Assembly: GCA_001938485.1 (NCBI GenBank)
Contig: MQRK01215477.1
Span: 1 to 55,940 of the forward strand
Direction of reading: 5' to 3'
Origin: Girardia tigrina
Taxonomy: Eukaryota
DNA length: 55,940 nucleotides
Each line of letters starts with the position of its first letter. Positions within the stretch are counted from its first letter, which is position 1. Below the pieces are notes generated by a model. It saw only the letters and a program-made list of their open reading frames with translations. It searched no databases and was not told the origin of the DNA. The position numbers were made by a program, and so were the translations under genes. Of this stretch, positions 1-12,559 are shown in pieces.

Positions 1-882
1 GTAGTATGCGCTGTTTATGGTGACCCCCTTTGGCAGGTAATCAATGTGAATTATCCCATCACAGTCCCAAAAGTCTGTAACCATTACCTTCCCGGCTGAA
101 GGGACGGTCTTCGCCTTTAAAGGAGGTCTGTCACCTGGACGGCACCATTGACTGAACTTCTCCTTGGTTTCAGGAAGATAAAACAGGAGCCACGTTTCGT
201 CCACTGTCACAATCCGTGACCAGAACGCCTCACCGAGATCATGAACCAGTTGCAGCAGTTCTTGACAGGCAGACTTTCGATTAGTCTTCTGGTCGTTGTT
301 GAGGAGGCGCAGCACCCACCTGGCAGTCAGTTTCCTCATGTGCAGCTCCTCTGACATGATGCGGTGCACCTGATTTTTAGAAACGCCTATAATAGCTGCT
401 ATCTCACGGATAGTGAGACATCTGTCACCAAGAATGACTTCCTCGATAACTTTCACATTTTCTTGACATCCGGACGTTGTTAGTCGCCCACTGCGTTCAT
501 CCTCCTCCAATGATTGACACCTGCCTGGAATTGTTGCACCTACTTAAAGACAGCCGTTCTTCCCATAGCGGCATCACCAAAGACGCGGTGTAAACGGTGC
601 AAAATATCTGCAGTGGGGGTGTCTTCCTTCCAGAGGAAATAGATGATTGCTCGTTGAGATTTCACTGCCTCTTCCATACTAACTACAAGAGAGAACACTG
701 AAAAAATAATACATTATTTTTTATGTCACATACATGCCGACGGGCAGCCAATGAGAGTTCACCTCAATTGTAATTGGTTGGTTCTCCACTCATGTAATCG
801 TACAAACACCGCGCGTTACAGTTACGCACACACGTGACCACGCCATATTCTCTCAGTCCGTGAACTTTTGGGACACCCCTCG
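1..882 (-). mobile_element. Mariner transposon, irritans-like, 5' two-thirds, degenerate; continues beyond the window start
   Basis: Minus strand from ATG 677 reads MEEAVKSQRAIIYFLWKE...RKLTARWVLRLL...RIVTVDETW...KVMVTDFWDCDGIIHIDYLPKGVTINSAYY with a stop and a frameshift. The TIR CGAGGGGTGTCCCAAAAGTTC ends at 882, followed by TA. It interrupts the Tigger element. Confidence 0.9.
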
Positions 883-884
883 TA

Positions 885-2251
885 TGTTCAGATTCTTACC
901 GGATACGACATTGTCTAGATCTAGAGATATTTTGTAAAGGTGGAAAACATGCAAAAGATAAATTAACAATTGTTTTAACATTTTCCGTATTGGGCGAAAA
1001 ACTCCCTCCAATTATAATAGGGAAATCAAAATTACCTTGATGTCTAAGAAATATTGATTTGTCTAAGCTAAACGTTAAATATTGGTCAAGTTCAAAAGCC
1101 TGGATGACTACAACCTTATTTAATTCATATCTTAGAGAATTGGACGACTATTTTAAGAAAAGAAATAGAAAAATACTTTTATTTCTTGTTAATGCACCAG
1201 TGCATTTAATTGATCCTGAAAATAAACTAACAAATATTAAGCTAAAATTGTTCCTATCTAATTTAACCAGTGTGTTACAGCCACTCGATGTTGGCATCAT
1301 AAGGAGTTTAAAGACATTTTACAGAGAGTATCAGATTTTAACTTTATTAGAAAAAAAACAAGATAAAGTGCATATATCAGAACTCGCTAAGAAAATGAAT
1401 ATTTTTGATGCGATTAAATTTTTGTCTAGTACTTGGAACGATATAAAGCCTGAAACTATACAGAAGTGCTTTAAAAATTGTGGATTTTCCAAAAATACTG
1501 ATATCGCTAAATATGATTTAAATGAAATAGAAAATCAAGTGAATGAAGTGTCCGAGAACGCAGAAAATATTGGGATACAGGGTAAAAAATTGATATTCGA
1601 AGAAATTATACCAGAATTTGAAATGCCGGTGGTTGCAGATTTACGCGACGCTATAATTGAAGAATTTTATAATGATTGAAGAAGATTCCTATTGAAGAAG
1701 ATGATGTGATCGAACCCGAGAATGTGGAAATAAATAATAATATCAATGGAATTCTGATATCTAATGACGAGGCAATAAATTGTTTGACGAAATTAATAAC
1801 TTATGCAAAAGAAAAACATATGTATGAAGAGAATTAAATTTGTTAAAAATGAAACAGGATGTTATTTCTCAACAAAAGAAGAATTTGAAACAAAAATCAG
1901 TTACAGATTTTTTTATAAAAAAATTAATGTTGATTGATGCTTTAATTGTTCCATTTTATTTTAAAATTTTACATCTTTTCTCAAAACGTTTTTTAAAAAA
2001 ATTATATTACTATCATTTGGTGAAATCTATTTATATTCAAAAAAATATCAAGTGATTTTCTTGTAAAATTTAATAATAAGTAAATATAATATTTTTGATC
2101 TATAATTTTATGTAACATTGCTTTTTATTTCTAGAAAAAATTGCACCAAAAACTTTATTTTACATTCTATATAAGTTACACCACCTCATAAGGTACATTT
2201 TCGAAATATTTTCTTGACAAATAGGGTGTGCCTTATGGGAAGGTTTCACTG
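885..2251 (+). mobile_element. Tigger/pogo-family transposon, 3' part (DDE_1 domain pseudogene)
   Basis: ORF 1059-1679 has KAWMT, LLFLVNAPVH (degenerate DNAPxH), NLTSVLQPLDVGII and TIQKCF. The C-terminal KQKSVTDFF motif lies near 1885-1915. The 3' TIR ...GGGAAGGTTTCACTG|TA ends at 2251. Confidence 0.88.
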
Positions 2252-2698
2252 TAGATATTTGTTAAATTATTTTTTCGTTGGACAGGTTTCGATCACAATA
2301 TTTTTACGTTCTCTATTTAAATATATTTAAAATTGAGGTTGTTTTACTTTTACTTTTCTTCAGAAGAATTTCAATATACATTATGAGTGTTTGTGTTGTG
2401 AATCATTGCTGATAAAACAACTTAACCCATTGATTAAAATCCAAATGGGAAAAATAAAGCAGCCTCAAGTTTAAATACCTTTAAATAAAATAAATTAAAT
2501 TATTTAAAATACTGACCAATAAAATTGTACTACAATGTTATTTTAAAATTTTTTTACCATTCTATATTTTAAATTAATTAAATTATTAAAAATATGATAA
2601 TAAAGCAAAATAAATAAAAACACAAACAAAATTGATAAAGATGATCAAAGATTGTAATTAAAACATGTCCAATGTTCATTTTAAAAAAAATACTTTTA

Positions 2699-2701
<3 letters not shown>

Positions 2702-2766
<65 letters not shown>
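2702..2766. repeat. Compound (TA)n(GA)n microsatellite (copy at ~4088-4141)
   Basis: Seen directly. Confidence 0.95.
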
Positions 2767-2768
<2 letters not shown>

Positions 2769-3304
2769 TTTTACTGAACGAATTCATACAATAACAGTTG
2801 AATAAAAGAATTTTTCAAATTATATATACAAGTATTTTATAGGATTGGAGGTTGAACTAATTTACAGAGTTTTATTTGTATTAGTACATTTCAGTGTTCT
2901 AAAGTTCTGAACACCGTAAAGTTTAAAGATAAGTAAAATTTTATTACTCGGTATTATGAGTATTTAAAAGCAACAGTTTTACTGCATAAATCTCCTGAGA
3001 TGTTTTGTTAATATTTGAGATTATACTGAGGTGGTATCTTATTAGGAAACTACTGGAAAGGTTGTTGTGATTCAGTTGTCTATAATGTTCTGAACATGAC
3101 AACATTATTGCGCCCAACGGAAGGTTAATAAACATATAACGAAATTAGTGAATGAGCTGAAACTATTGGATATGGTAACTGAAGCAGTACAGCAGTGTCG
3201 CCATATAGCTCATATATTGTTGTGCTGATGTATCACCTCTTATGCGATCAATTCNNNNNNNNNNNNNNNNNNNNNNNNNNNNNNNNNNNNNNNNNNNNNN
3301 NNNN

Positions 3305-4087
3305 AAAAATTAATGTTGATTGATGCTTTAATTGTTCCATTTTATTTTAAAATTTTACATCTTTTCTCAAAACGTTTTTTAAAAAAATTATATTACTATC
3401 ATTTGGTGAAATCTATTTATATTAAAAAAAATATCAAGTGATTTTCTTGTAAAATTTAATAATAAGTAAATATAATATTTTTGATCTATAATTTTATTTC
3501 ACATTGCTTTTTATTTCTAGAAAAAATTGCACCAAAAACTTTATGTTACATTCTATATAAGTTACACCACCTCATAAGGTACATTTTCGAAATATTTTCT
3601 TGACAAATAAGGTGTACCTTATGGGAAGGTTTCACTGTATATATTTGTTAAATTATTTTTTCGTTGGACAGGTTTCGATCACAATATTTTTACGTTCTCT
3701 ATTTAAATATATTTAAAATTGAGGTTTTTTTACTTTTACTTTTCTTCAGAGGAATTTCAATATACATTATGAGTGTTTGCGTTGTGAATCATTGCTGATA
3801 AAACAACTTAACCCATTGATTAAAATCCAAAATGGGAAAAATAAAGCAGCCTCAAGTTTAAATACCTTTAAATAAAATAAATTAAATTATTTAAAATATT
3901 GACCAATAAAATTGTATACAATGTTATTTTAAAATTTTTTTACCATTCTATATTTTAAATTAAATAAATTATTAAAAATATGATAATAAAGCAAAATAAA
4001 TAATAACACATACAAAATTGATAAAGATGATCAAAGATTGTAATTAAAACATGTCCAATGTTCATTTTTAAAAAAATACTTTTATGA

Positions 4088-4144
<57 letters not shown>

Positions 4145-4632
4145 TTTTACTGAACGAATTCATACAATAACAGTTGAATAAAAGAATTTTTCAAAAGATA
4201 TATACAAGTATTTTATAGGATTGAAGGTTGAACTAATTTAGAGAGTTTTATTTGTATTAGTACATTCCAGTGTTCTAAAGTTCTCAACACCGTAAAGTTT
4301 AAAGATAAGTAAAATTTTATTACTCGGTAATATGAGTAGTTAAAAGGAACAGTTTCACAGCATAAATCTCCTGAGATGTTTTGTTGATATTTGAGATTAT
4401 ACTGAGGTGGTATCTTATTAGGAAACTACTGGAAAGGTTGTTGTGATTCTGTCAGTTGTCTATAATGTTCTGAACATGACAACATTATTGCGCCCAACGG
4501 AAGGTTAATAAACATAACGAAATTAGTGAATGAGCTGAAACTATTGGATATGGTAACTGAAGCAGTACAGCAGTGTCGCCATATAGCTCATATATTGTTG
4601 TGCTGATGTATCACCTCTTATGCGATCAATTC
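3305..4632. repeat. Near-identical second copy of ~1919-3254 across a 50-N gap; probable uncollapsed haplotype or assembly artefact
   Basis: Colinear copy with scattered SNPs and indels. It includes the Tigger 3' TIR and the (TA)n(GA)n tract. The junction lies exactly at the N gap. Confidence 0.9.
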
Positions 4633-5634
4633 GTTGTGGGAATTTCACTAAGTTATTAAAAGTGAGAAGTGTACAAGTGAATTCGTTTATATTAAAAGCA
4701 TGCAAATATTAAAAATGTGGAATAGTTCACTATTTGAATCATGGGAGATCAAGATAATCTGATTAGTACTTATATTTACACAGGACATCAAAATGAAACC
4801 GAGTAGAAGTAACCTCGATTGCTGGAAGGGATACGTTATAGGGGTTTATATTTAATCAATGCTTTTCTTTTAATTTTTTTGTTTTGTCGGACATCGATTT
4901 TTAATATTTTCAAATTTTGACAACAAGTGTTTGATCTGGTAACCACAATCGATAAATTTGACCTTAATTTCGGTCAAGAGGTTCTTGGCGCTTTTTGAAC
5001 AAAACAACACGAAAATAAGGGTGGTCGAATAATTTTTTGCCTTAGTTGTGCTTTAATTTAGCAAATATAACATTCTGTAATCAGTTAATTCTTTATGTCT
5101 CAATATTAAAATGGAATTGAACTCTTCTTCATTGATTTGTAAGAGTATTTCAACAAATTATCTTGTAATTTGTGACCTTTCCAACATTAATATTCGGTTA
5201 TGTATTCATCGTTTTTATATTTTATCCATCAGTTGTGATAAATAATTATGGCTTTTATATTTGATCTCCCCATTGCTTTTCATTTAAAGTATTGTTGAGC
5301 ATGCACAGATTAGTTGAGGTCGGATCAAAGAATACATTGTAATGTTAATTGAAGGTCAAAATATTCATCAACATGAATATTTATTTTTATTCATGTTATT
5401 TGGATAAAGTTTCATAGTAACTCAAAATGTAAAGGTCTATTGGTCATTCTCAACGATCAGTTGATCTACGTTATCTGTTTTGTTATACCACGTTTTTCAT
5501 AGATAAATATTTAACATTTTATTACCATTATCAAAATACTGTTCTAAAATGTTAAAGATAATTAAATAATTATAAATGAAGTCTGAAATGACTTCGTCAC
5601 AAATTCTTTGAAAATATTATCAAACTATTTTTAA

Positions 5635-7117
5635 CAATTTGACGGTCGCATCAAATGCAGCTGACATCCAAGTAGAATTAAATTAAAAAAAACACGAATG
5701 GTCGCAGAAGAACGAGACAAAGACAAATTGAAATCTAGTGAGTCATGCTACAATCAAACTATGAGGAATATTTTTGAATGGTAAATATTGTATGTTGTTT
5801 TAGGATTGTGTTTCTCTCAAATATTTTAAAACGTCAGATAATTTAATCAATTAAAAAATTTAAATAACCAAATTTAAAATTAAATTACAGGATGTTTCAT
5901 AAATAAAAGTTCTGATTTCAGAAATAAAAGTTCGTATTTCAGAAATAAAAGTTCATATTGCATAATTAAAAGTTCTGATTTAAAAAATAAAAGTTCTGAC
6001 TTGATAAAATGAAATATAATAAGTTTTGTAATTTAGACATGAAATTTTGTTATTTTTAAATGTGAAGTTTTATTTGATTTATGATTTTTAATTTGTACTA
6101 AGATTTTTTAAAAAAAATTTTTGATTAATTGTAACTAGATGTCTATTTCATGTGTTATTTAAATTTATTTACAAGAGACATATTCAAATATTGTAAATAT
6201 TGAAATACAAAAAATGAATGCCAATAAATAAAAGTTTAATTCAAAACACTGATAAGAATTTAATAATATTAATAATATTGTATAATCAAGATAATTATAA
6301 TTTATATTTATAATTTATCTATGGTTTATAATTTATTTATAATTTATCAATTATAATTTATTAATGGTTCTTTAATAGTTTATCTTAACAACCGATTAGG
6401 ATTAATGAATTGCCCATTATGCTTCTAATTTCTTTGTTTTTACTCTGCCTTCCAGCCTTTTTATAAATGCTTTCAAATGTTTTATCCGTATCTTCACAAA
6501 TTTCAATTTTGAGAATAGCTTAATTAATTGCATTTTTGCTTAAAAATGTAATTTCCATCAATTCTATCTTCGACCTTTTGCGCAATTATCCAAATTAATA
6601 TCAAATTGATTGTAGTAAATCCAAAAAAACAGTAAAAACTGAAAATCATAAATCAAATAAAATTCATAATTAAAAATAACGAAATTTCATTTGTAAATTA
6701 CAAAACTTATTATACTTCATTTTTTAAAATCAGAACTTTTATTTATGAAATCAGAACTTTTAATTATATAATCTGAACTTTCAATTTCTGAAATCCGAAA
6801 TTTTATTTCTGAAATCTGAACTTTTATTTATGAAACACTCTGTAATATATCATAAATAATATATTTTAAATATTTTTTTAAACAATTAAAATTATTTTGT
6901 AATCGAATTGTAAATTAAATTGTAATTTAAATTTGTTTGAATAGTAAGACGGTTAGAAATAGAATTAAAAATTTATCAATCCAGAACGATGACTAATTAC
7001 AAAAGTTTTGTGGAGAATTCAAATTGTTATATCAATAAATCTATGGAAAATCCAATTAGTTTCCTTAATACCAACAATTCAATAAAAAACGTATATGTGT
7101 TTGCGACCGCCAAAGTG
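5635..7117. mobile_element. Non-autonomous piggyBac-type element with TTAA target-site duplication
   Basis: TTAA|CAATTTGACGGTCGCA at 5631-5650 and TGCGACCGCCAAAGTG|TTAA at 7102-7121 form a 14/16 inverted repeat, each flanked by TTAA. Confidence 0.7.
5888..6842. mobile_element. Tc1/mariner-type foldback MITE with ~200 bp inverted arms containing ~21 bp tandem repeats, nested in the piggyBac-type element
   Basis: TA|CAGGATGTTTCATAAATAAAAGTTC ... GAACTTTTATTTATGAAACACTCTG|TA. Arms ~5888-6090 and ~6640-6842 are inverted. The unit AAATAAAAGTTCTGATTTCAG is repeated about 5 times per arm. Confidence 0.85.
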
Positions 7118-7178
7118 TTAATTTGATATTATCTTAAATTAAAATAGATTTAAATTAAACAACTATTTTTACTTCTAG

Positions 7179-7460
7179 GCACTTTTCAAACGTGTAAAAA
7201 CAATCAGACTCAACAATAATCTTTTAGTTGATGTTCAACATTTGGAAATTTTGAATCATCTTCGAGTCCTTAATCTTAGTCAAAATAAACTGGGTCTTGT
7301 TTATGTATCAAGAAACGATGTACCTGAACCCACTTTACGTGGTCGTTTAGGTAATATAACTGACTTGGATCTCTCGCATAATCAGTTATGCAGTACCAAA
7401 TTAATTGAAGGACTCTATTCCCTCGTAAAATTAAATTTAGGTAGTAATCTGATTGAAGAA
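7179..7460 (+). CDS. NISCH: Nischarin-like LRR gene, internal exon (LRR repeats)
   Basis: Acceptor ttctag|GCA, phase 0. ALFKRVKTIRLNNNLLVDVQHLEILNHLRVLNLSQNKL...LGNITDLDLSHNQL...LYSLVKLNLGSNLIEE matches the recalled nischarin LRR (LGNIKTLNLAGN...LYSLVNLDL.DN.IE). Upstream PX-domain exons were not found in the window. Confidence 0.8.
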
Positions 7461-7505
7461 GTATATAATTACTGTCATAGTTGTATTAATTTATATGATG
7501 TACAG

Positions 7506-7634
7506 ATGACAGAATTATCGAGTCTGCAAACATTACAGTGTCTTACGTCTTTAATTTTACTTGGAAATCCGGTGTGTTCTAAATCAGGATATCGAAAATA
7601 TACATTACAATTATTCGGGGAAAGATTTTCAGAA
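7506..7634 (+). CDS. NISCH: Nischarin-like gene exon (LRR cap)
   Basis: Follows the 45-nt GT..AG intron at 7461-7505. MTELSSLQTLQCLTSLILLGNPVCSKSGYRKYTLQLFGERFSE matches nischarin MEEV..IGSLPCLE...LLNNP....DYR..VL.QFGERASE. Donor GAA|gtaagt. Confidence 0.8.
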
Positions 7635-7739
7635 GTAAGTTTCTTCAATTGTTTCTAGAGGCGATGATTGTTATATCATAAAATATGAAGAAAAATAAAC
7701 AATAGAATAAATTTATTTGATTATTTTATTTTTAAAGTG

Positions 7740-8690
7740 ATGATTCGATTCAAAAAATCAATAACATTAACATTTATAACGAGAAAGCATCATCAAGCAA
7801 GCATTCAAACGCTTTTATTTCTGCTTTTCGTTCAAGTCATGTAGAATCCACTTGTCCAACTTTTTCACTTTATCAATTTGAGCAAAGTAATTTAATATTG
7901 TTTTCTTTGTAACAGTAAATATTAGCGATAAATCATGAGCCCTTTCTAATGGATCCGACTCAAGGATTACCTTCAGTACGTCATTGTATTTGAATACACT
8001 ATTCATGTTTCGAATAGTTTTTGATCCTAAGGTTCCACGTAAAAACTCGTACGTCATAATAGTTCAAGTTTTCGTCTTTCCATTTTTTAAAATTCTGATT
8101 ATTAAAACAAGTTATCAATAATTTAAATTATTTTTTATTGATATGTTTAATAACCGAGATATATTGCAATCAAATAAAAAACCGGAGCAACAAAATGTGA
8201 AGTCATTGTCAAATTATAACTGTGAGGAATGTTTTGAATTGTGTGTTGATATTGTGCATGTTTTATGTTGATTGGGATTGTGTCTCTCCTACACAGATGG
8301 ATGATTGGTATTTTCTTTGACTTCTACCAATATAAAATAATTTAATTTTATTTTAAAGTAAAAAGATTTAAAATAATTTTTGAATGTATTATTTAATTTT
8401 TAATATAATTTAAAATTTTAATATATTAATTTAATATGTACTTTTTTTTAAATGTTTAGATTTAATTTGAACCAATTAGGTTCTTTATAATTAATCATTT
8501 TTATTAACAGATTTTCATTTATTGAAAATAATTAGTATGAACTCAGAAAATATATTAATCAAGAAAAATGGCAAATAGTGAATGCGATTGTGATATTAAT
8601 CAATGTTGTAAAACTAATATTGATGTTGTTAATAATAACTATTTGAAATTATTGTAAATATGTCTACAAATTTCATACTTGACAACCTAA
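7740..8690 (-). mobile_element. Mariner remnant (cecropia-like), 5' part, in a nischarin intron
   Basis: YEFLRG...KVKKLDKWILHDLNEKQK. Candidate TIR (TA)TTAGGTTGTCAAGTATGAAATT ends at 8690. Its 5' UTR is interrupted by the A/B repeat unit at ~8200-8660. Confidence 0.65.
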
Positions 8691-8755
8691 TATATGCATC
8701 ATGAATTTTGTAACAATCCAGAATTATTATTATCAATTTAAAATTAATTTTTCAG

Positions 8756-8919
8756 GTAAGACTGGATCTAAGAGTTGCTGATGATCTTGAACTTTTACAA
8801 CTAAAAGCATCGATCTCTGAATTATCTTGTAAAAGTCAGAGTGATTCAAAAAAGTCTCATTCGCCGCCAGCTCAATTCACAGATAATACTCAGCATAATA
8901 ATATGAATAATAATGAAGA
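8756..8919 (+). CDS. NISCH: Nischarin-like gene exon
   Basis: Acceptor ttttcag|. Phase-0 reading VRLDLRVADDLELLQLKASISELSCK... continues the nischarin pattern V.LD......EL. It ends either at the phase-2 donor GA|gtaag (8920) or at the in-frame TAA 8921-8923. Confidence 0.7.
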
Positions 8920-8963
8920 GTAAGATTTTAAGTCTAGAAATTTATAAATAATTTTCGGCTTAG

Positions 8964-9027
8964 AAGGTCTTCGAAAAATCTTGAGGTGTCTATCGAGTCT
9001 GAAGTTAATGAGATATTCATTTTTTAA
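8964..9027 (+). CDS. Possible last coding exon of the nischarin-like gene
   Basis: A 44-nt GTAAG...TTAG intron at 8920-8963 is phase-compatible and gives (E)RSSKNLEVSIESEVNEIFIF*. Confidence 0.45.
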
Positions 9028-9626
9028 GAACTGGTAATCGTTTGATGCGTTCTTACGACTACTGATACATATCCTTTGGTTGTGACCTTCTCATTTTTAT
9101 ATTTTCTCATAATCAATTTTCTTGATAACACTCTTACAATTGTGATTAATCATTTAATTGTATTGAATTTTATAAATTTTATCTTTTCATGGAAGGATAA
9201 TTAAAAAAATCGGGTGACCTAAAGACAGTATAAAAGAGGGAGTATCATATTGGTCCTACAAATGCAGTTAAAAATTTTGTTCGAGCGAAAAAGTATTCCA
9301 AAAGAGCTTTGGAATGTTTTGGTAATCCAGAAGTCACTGTCTTATATAGGAGTCGATATGGTAGTTAAGAAGGTACTCATATTGCATCAAGGCCATTGAA
9401 ACGTATTTTTATGGTATGATTAAAATGTGGAGGGATATTTTTCATCATCGCTATTCTAAATTGATTGGGAACTTTTAAAGATGAAATTTAAATTTATTAG
9501 ATTGAATAAAATTTGTTTCTAAAAAATTTGAGTCTAAAATATTTTATTTTTTTGCTTTTATCTTTTATCTATATTTTGCTTCTATCAAGAATATAATTCA
9601 TTAAAACGCAAAACTTGATTTATATC

Positions 9627-10287
9627 ACCGTGAGGAATATTTTAAATTTTGTATGTTGAGTGTAGTATTTGGAAATGTGTTTCTTCCACCCAGATGGAAA
9701 ATTGATATTTTGGATCCAATAAAATTTTGAGAAATTAAAAGTTAATATTAAACTTGCCCCATTAATTACTTTTTAGATTGGAATACATAAACAAAAACTA
9801 TATCAATCAAAGAAAGATGCTCACTGATAATGGTTGTAAAGAATCTGTTTGTGTTGTTAATAAATGTTCACACTCAAATTGGGATGTGGTTAATAATTTG
9901 CATTTTAAATTACAATAGATATTTTAAAAACTTTAAAAATATTAAATCGTTTCAAATTTTAATATTAAAAATTTAAATAAAGTAAATATCTTTTAACTAA
10001 TTTTTAAATTAATTAAATAAATGTTTTTCTGTAAATAAAATCATTTTAAAAATAAAATTAATATGTAGATAAAATTATTACTAAAATTATAAAATTAGAA
10101 CTTCAAAAATAAAATCTGAAAGTTTGATCGAATAATTGTTTATTATAAAACATTAACTAAAATTTATCAATTTAGAACGATGTCAAATTCTGAAAGCTTG
10201 TTTGATAGTTGTCCAAAAGACAATTCAAATTGTATTGAAAATAAATGTTCGAAAATCCATATTGGTGTTCTTAATAATCACAATTAA
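9627..10287 (+). repeat. Local dispersed repeat unit (motif A plus small-ORF motif B); close copy at 17031-17580, diverged copies at 5757-5820/6970-7080 and 8218-8657
   Basis: Shared ACYGTGAGGAAT...TTGTATGTTGA...TGTGTTTCT.CCACCCAG.TGG and TTATCAAT.YAGAAYGATG. 9918-10280 aligns colinearly with 17210-17575. Confidence 0.85.
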
Positions 10288-11858
10288 AAATTATTAAAAC
10301 AATTTTTGTTGAGGAAATTTTATTTTTTTCTTTTCAACCAGATTAATTATACATAAAAATACTGAATTATAAATACTGATAAGTTATTTATTAAAATCGT
10401 TATTTTTAGAAATTAAAATTTATTATTTTATTTTTTTTTCAATTAACATAATTTAACAGATTTACATTCAATATTTTATAAAATTTAGTTTAAAATAAAT
10501 TTCAAAATCTACAGATTTAACTACAAATAATTCTCAAAGTTTTTCACATTTTAAAAATCAATTATTTAACAAATAATTTCAAACTTTACAAAATTTTCAT
10601 ATAGCTTTAATATTTAAAGAATTATCTGTTTTTTTTAAATAAAATTTTTAGCAAATAAAATTTCAGTAAATTATTTTTGAGAATTATTTTTATAATTAAG
10701 TAGAGATATTTTTAATTATAATTCTTTTCAAGAACTTTTAATTTTAGCTACTTTCCTATTTTAAATATTCAAAAATTTTAAGAGTGCATCAGATCCTCCC
10801 ATTATCTTTTTCCAATCATGAACACATTGTCGAATTTCAATTTGAAACAATTATATTGCATTTTATTCACATTTTAATAACATGAGGAATCTGGAATTTC
10901 AACTTAGATGTTTTAATACTGGATGCGTTCTTCTTGTCATCTCTTCTTCAGTTATCTTTGAAACTCAAAGAAAATTGATTAAATAAACTAATTCAAGTAT
11001 ATTGCAAAGCTTCGAAAATATTTAAGCACCAGATGCTATCCTATTTTTAATGCCTAAATGAAGACAGTTTAAAATATTCGTGAGGGTACCATTAGACCAT
11101 AATTATAAAATAAATTTTTTCTCTTTCTAAAAATTAATAGCCAAGTAAAATGGAATATTTTGTGTCATTTCAATTGGGAATGGTTATAAGCATGCTAAGA
11201 ATGGTTGAGTAGCATTTTTCGTCCAATCATTAACTATGGTCCTTAGAGGACCGCTTCTCGTTCTCTATCGATTGCAACTTGAACTATATTTAACCAACGA
11301 TAATTAATACGTTGACTGACTTGGAAATACTTGTATATATTTCTGAACACTTGATCTCCACTCTACAGTGTGAGTCATGTATTGAGAAGCGACGTCGTCA
11401 GAGACCGTATCGCTAAAGTCAGCAAACCCATAACGAAAATATCATTCACTATCATTTTATGATCGATAAAGTTCTTCGGTGAGCATTTAATCAAGCGTTT
11501 AGAATGTTTAACGAATTGAAAAATGAACTAGGCTGAGTTTAAATGATGGATAACTTTTAAAGCAGGACAACATTTAAGAAATACGGGATGATCGCAGAGC
11601 TGGCGCATCATCGTGGTCGCTGATCCTCGCCGCAGTGATTCCTCTTCTCGACCCCTCCGGAAAATTATTACTGTGGCATTTGGCCAGCAAAAACCGGTAC
11701 GACAAATTCAATCAGATTAATATCACTCTCATTCAAGGCAGATACGCGCTACTCGCAGCACTCCACGTCCCCACACCCAATTGCTGCACCCGTCCCGCGA
11801 GCCAATATCGACTGAAAGATCGAAACATGGTTGAAGTATCGCAAACATTCAAACGACA

Positions 11859-12212
11859 TCACCATCGACACAGAGCGCAGCCCTTCGTCGTCATCTCGTG
11901 GTTCAACAGCAGTCGAAATTGCGTAACAACATCCGCCATATCATCCTCCTCATATTGATTCACAGCATTCACCATACATTTATAACCGTTAATCGATAAA
12001 ATTAAGTTTTCATTTAAATCGGTTACTTGATCCAATTTTAATATTCTTTCCTGATGTTTAATCATTATTCTAACGTTATCGATTGATATATGAATTATCT
12101 TCTGATTGCCGGTCATCTGTAAGACGCAATCGCCATCGTTGAAGGAAATAATATTCATGTTTTCAATGAAATCGTGGAGGAAAACGAAATCGAAATTTGT
12201 GATATAATTCAT
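11859..12212 (-). CDS. Orphan intronless ORF (117 aa), extendable to ~11660 by one frameshift and one stop; probably element- or virus-derived
   Basis: Starts with ATG, has protein-like composition and lies in a GC/CpG-richer island. No family recognised. Confidence 0.35.
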   Translation of the reverse strand: MNYITNFDFVFLHDFIENMNIISFNDGDCVLQMTGNQKIIHISIDNVRIMIKHQERILKLDQVTDLNENLILSINGYKCMVNAVNQYEEDDMADVVTQFRLLLNHEMTTKGCALCRW

Positions 12213-12559
12213 ATTTTTTTATCGAATCCAGATAAAAAATAGCAAAAGTCAACACTCTAATAAAGCTTTTTCTTTAAATTTTTTTACACACACCGGTACT
12301 TCGCGCATTAGAACAACAACAACTTCTTTCTCTATATCAAAAATTACATTTATTTTTTTTCTTTTTTACATATAATTAATAAATTAATTAATGTCATTTC
12401 GTTTTCCAAAAAACACAATAATTTACATATATAATATGTAAATGATTTATGAATTTAAAATATGACCCATGGTAGCGACTGATGAAAAGTTTTACGACTG
12501 CAAAAGGCTAATAATTACAAACCGATTAAGAAAAATCACAAATCACAATTGAAATATTT

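Noticed and set aside
2275-2365. Half hammerhead GATCGAAACCTGTC (minus) with a distant CTGAAGA
   Set aside because: No credible stem I or stem II links the two halves.
2940-3254. Possible upstream nischarin exons
   Set aside because: No PX or LRR motif; the frames are broken and look more like old retroelement debris.
1919-4632. 1.3-kb tandem duplication as a real biological event
   Set aside because: The junction coincides with a 50-N gap and the divergence is allele-like, so it is most likely uncollapsed haplotypes.
5895-6005. CRISPR-like array (also 16520-16640 and 53690-53875)
   Set aside because: Head-to-tail repeats without unique spacers, lying in or next to eukaryotic transposons; no cas genes.
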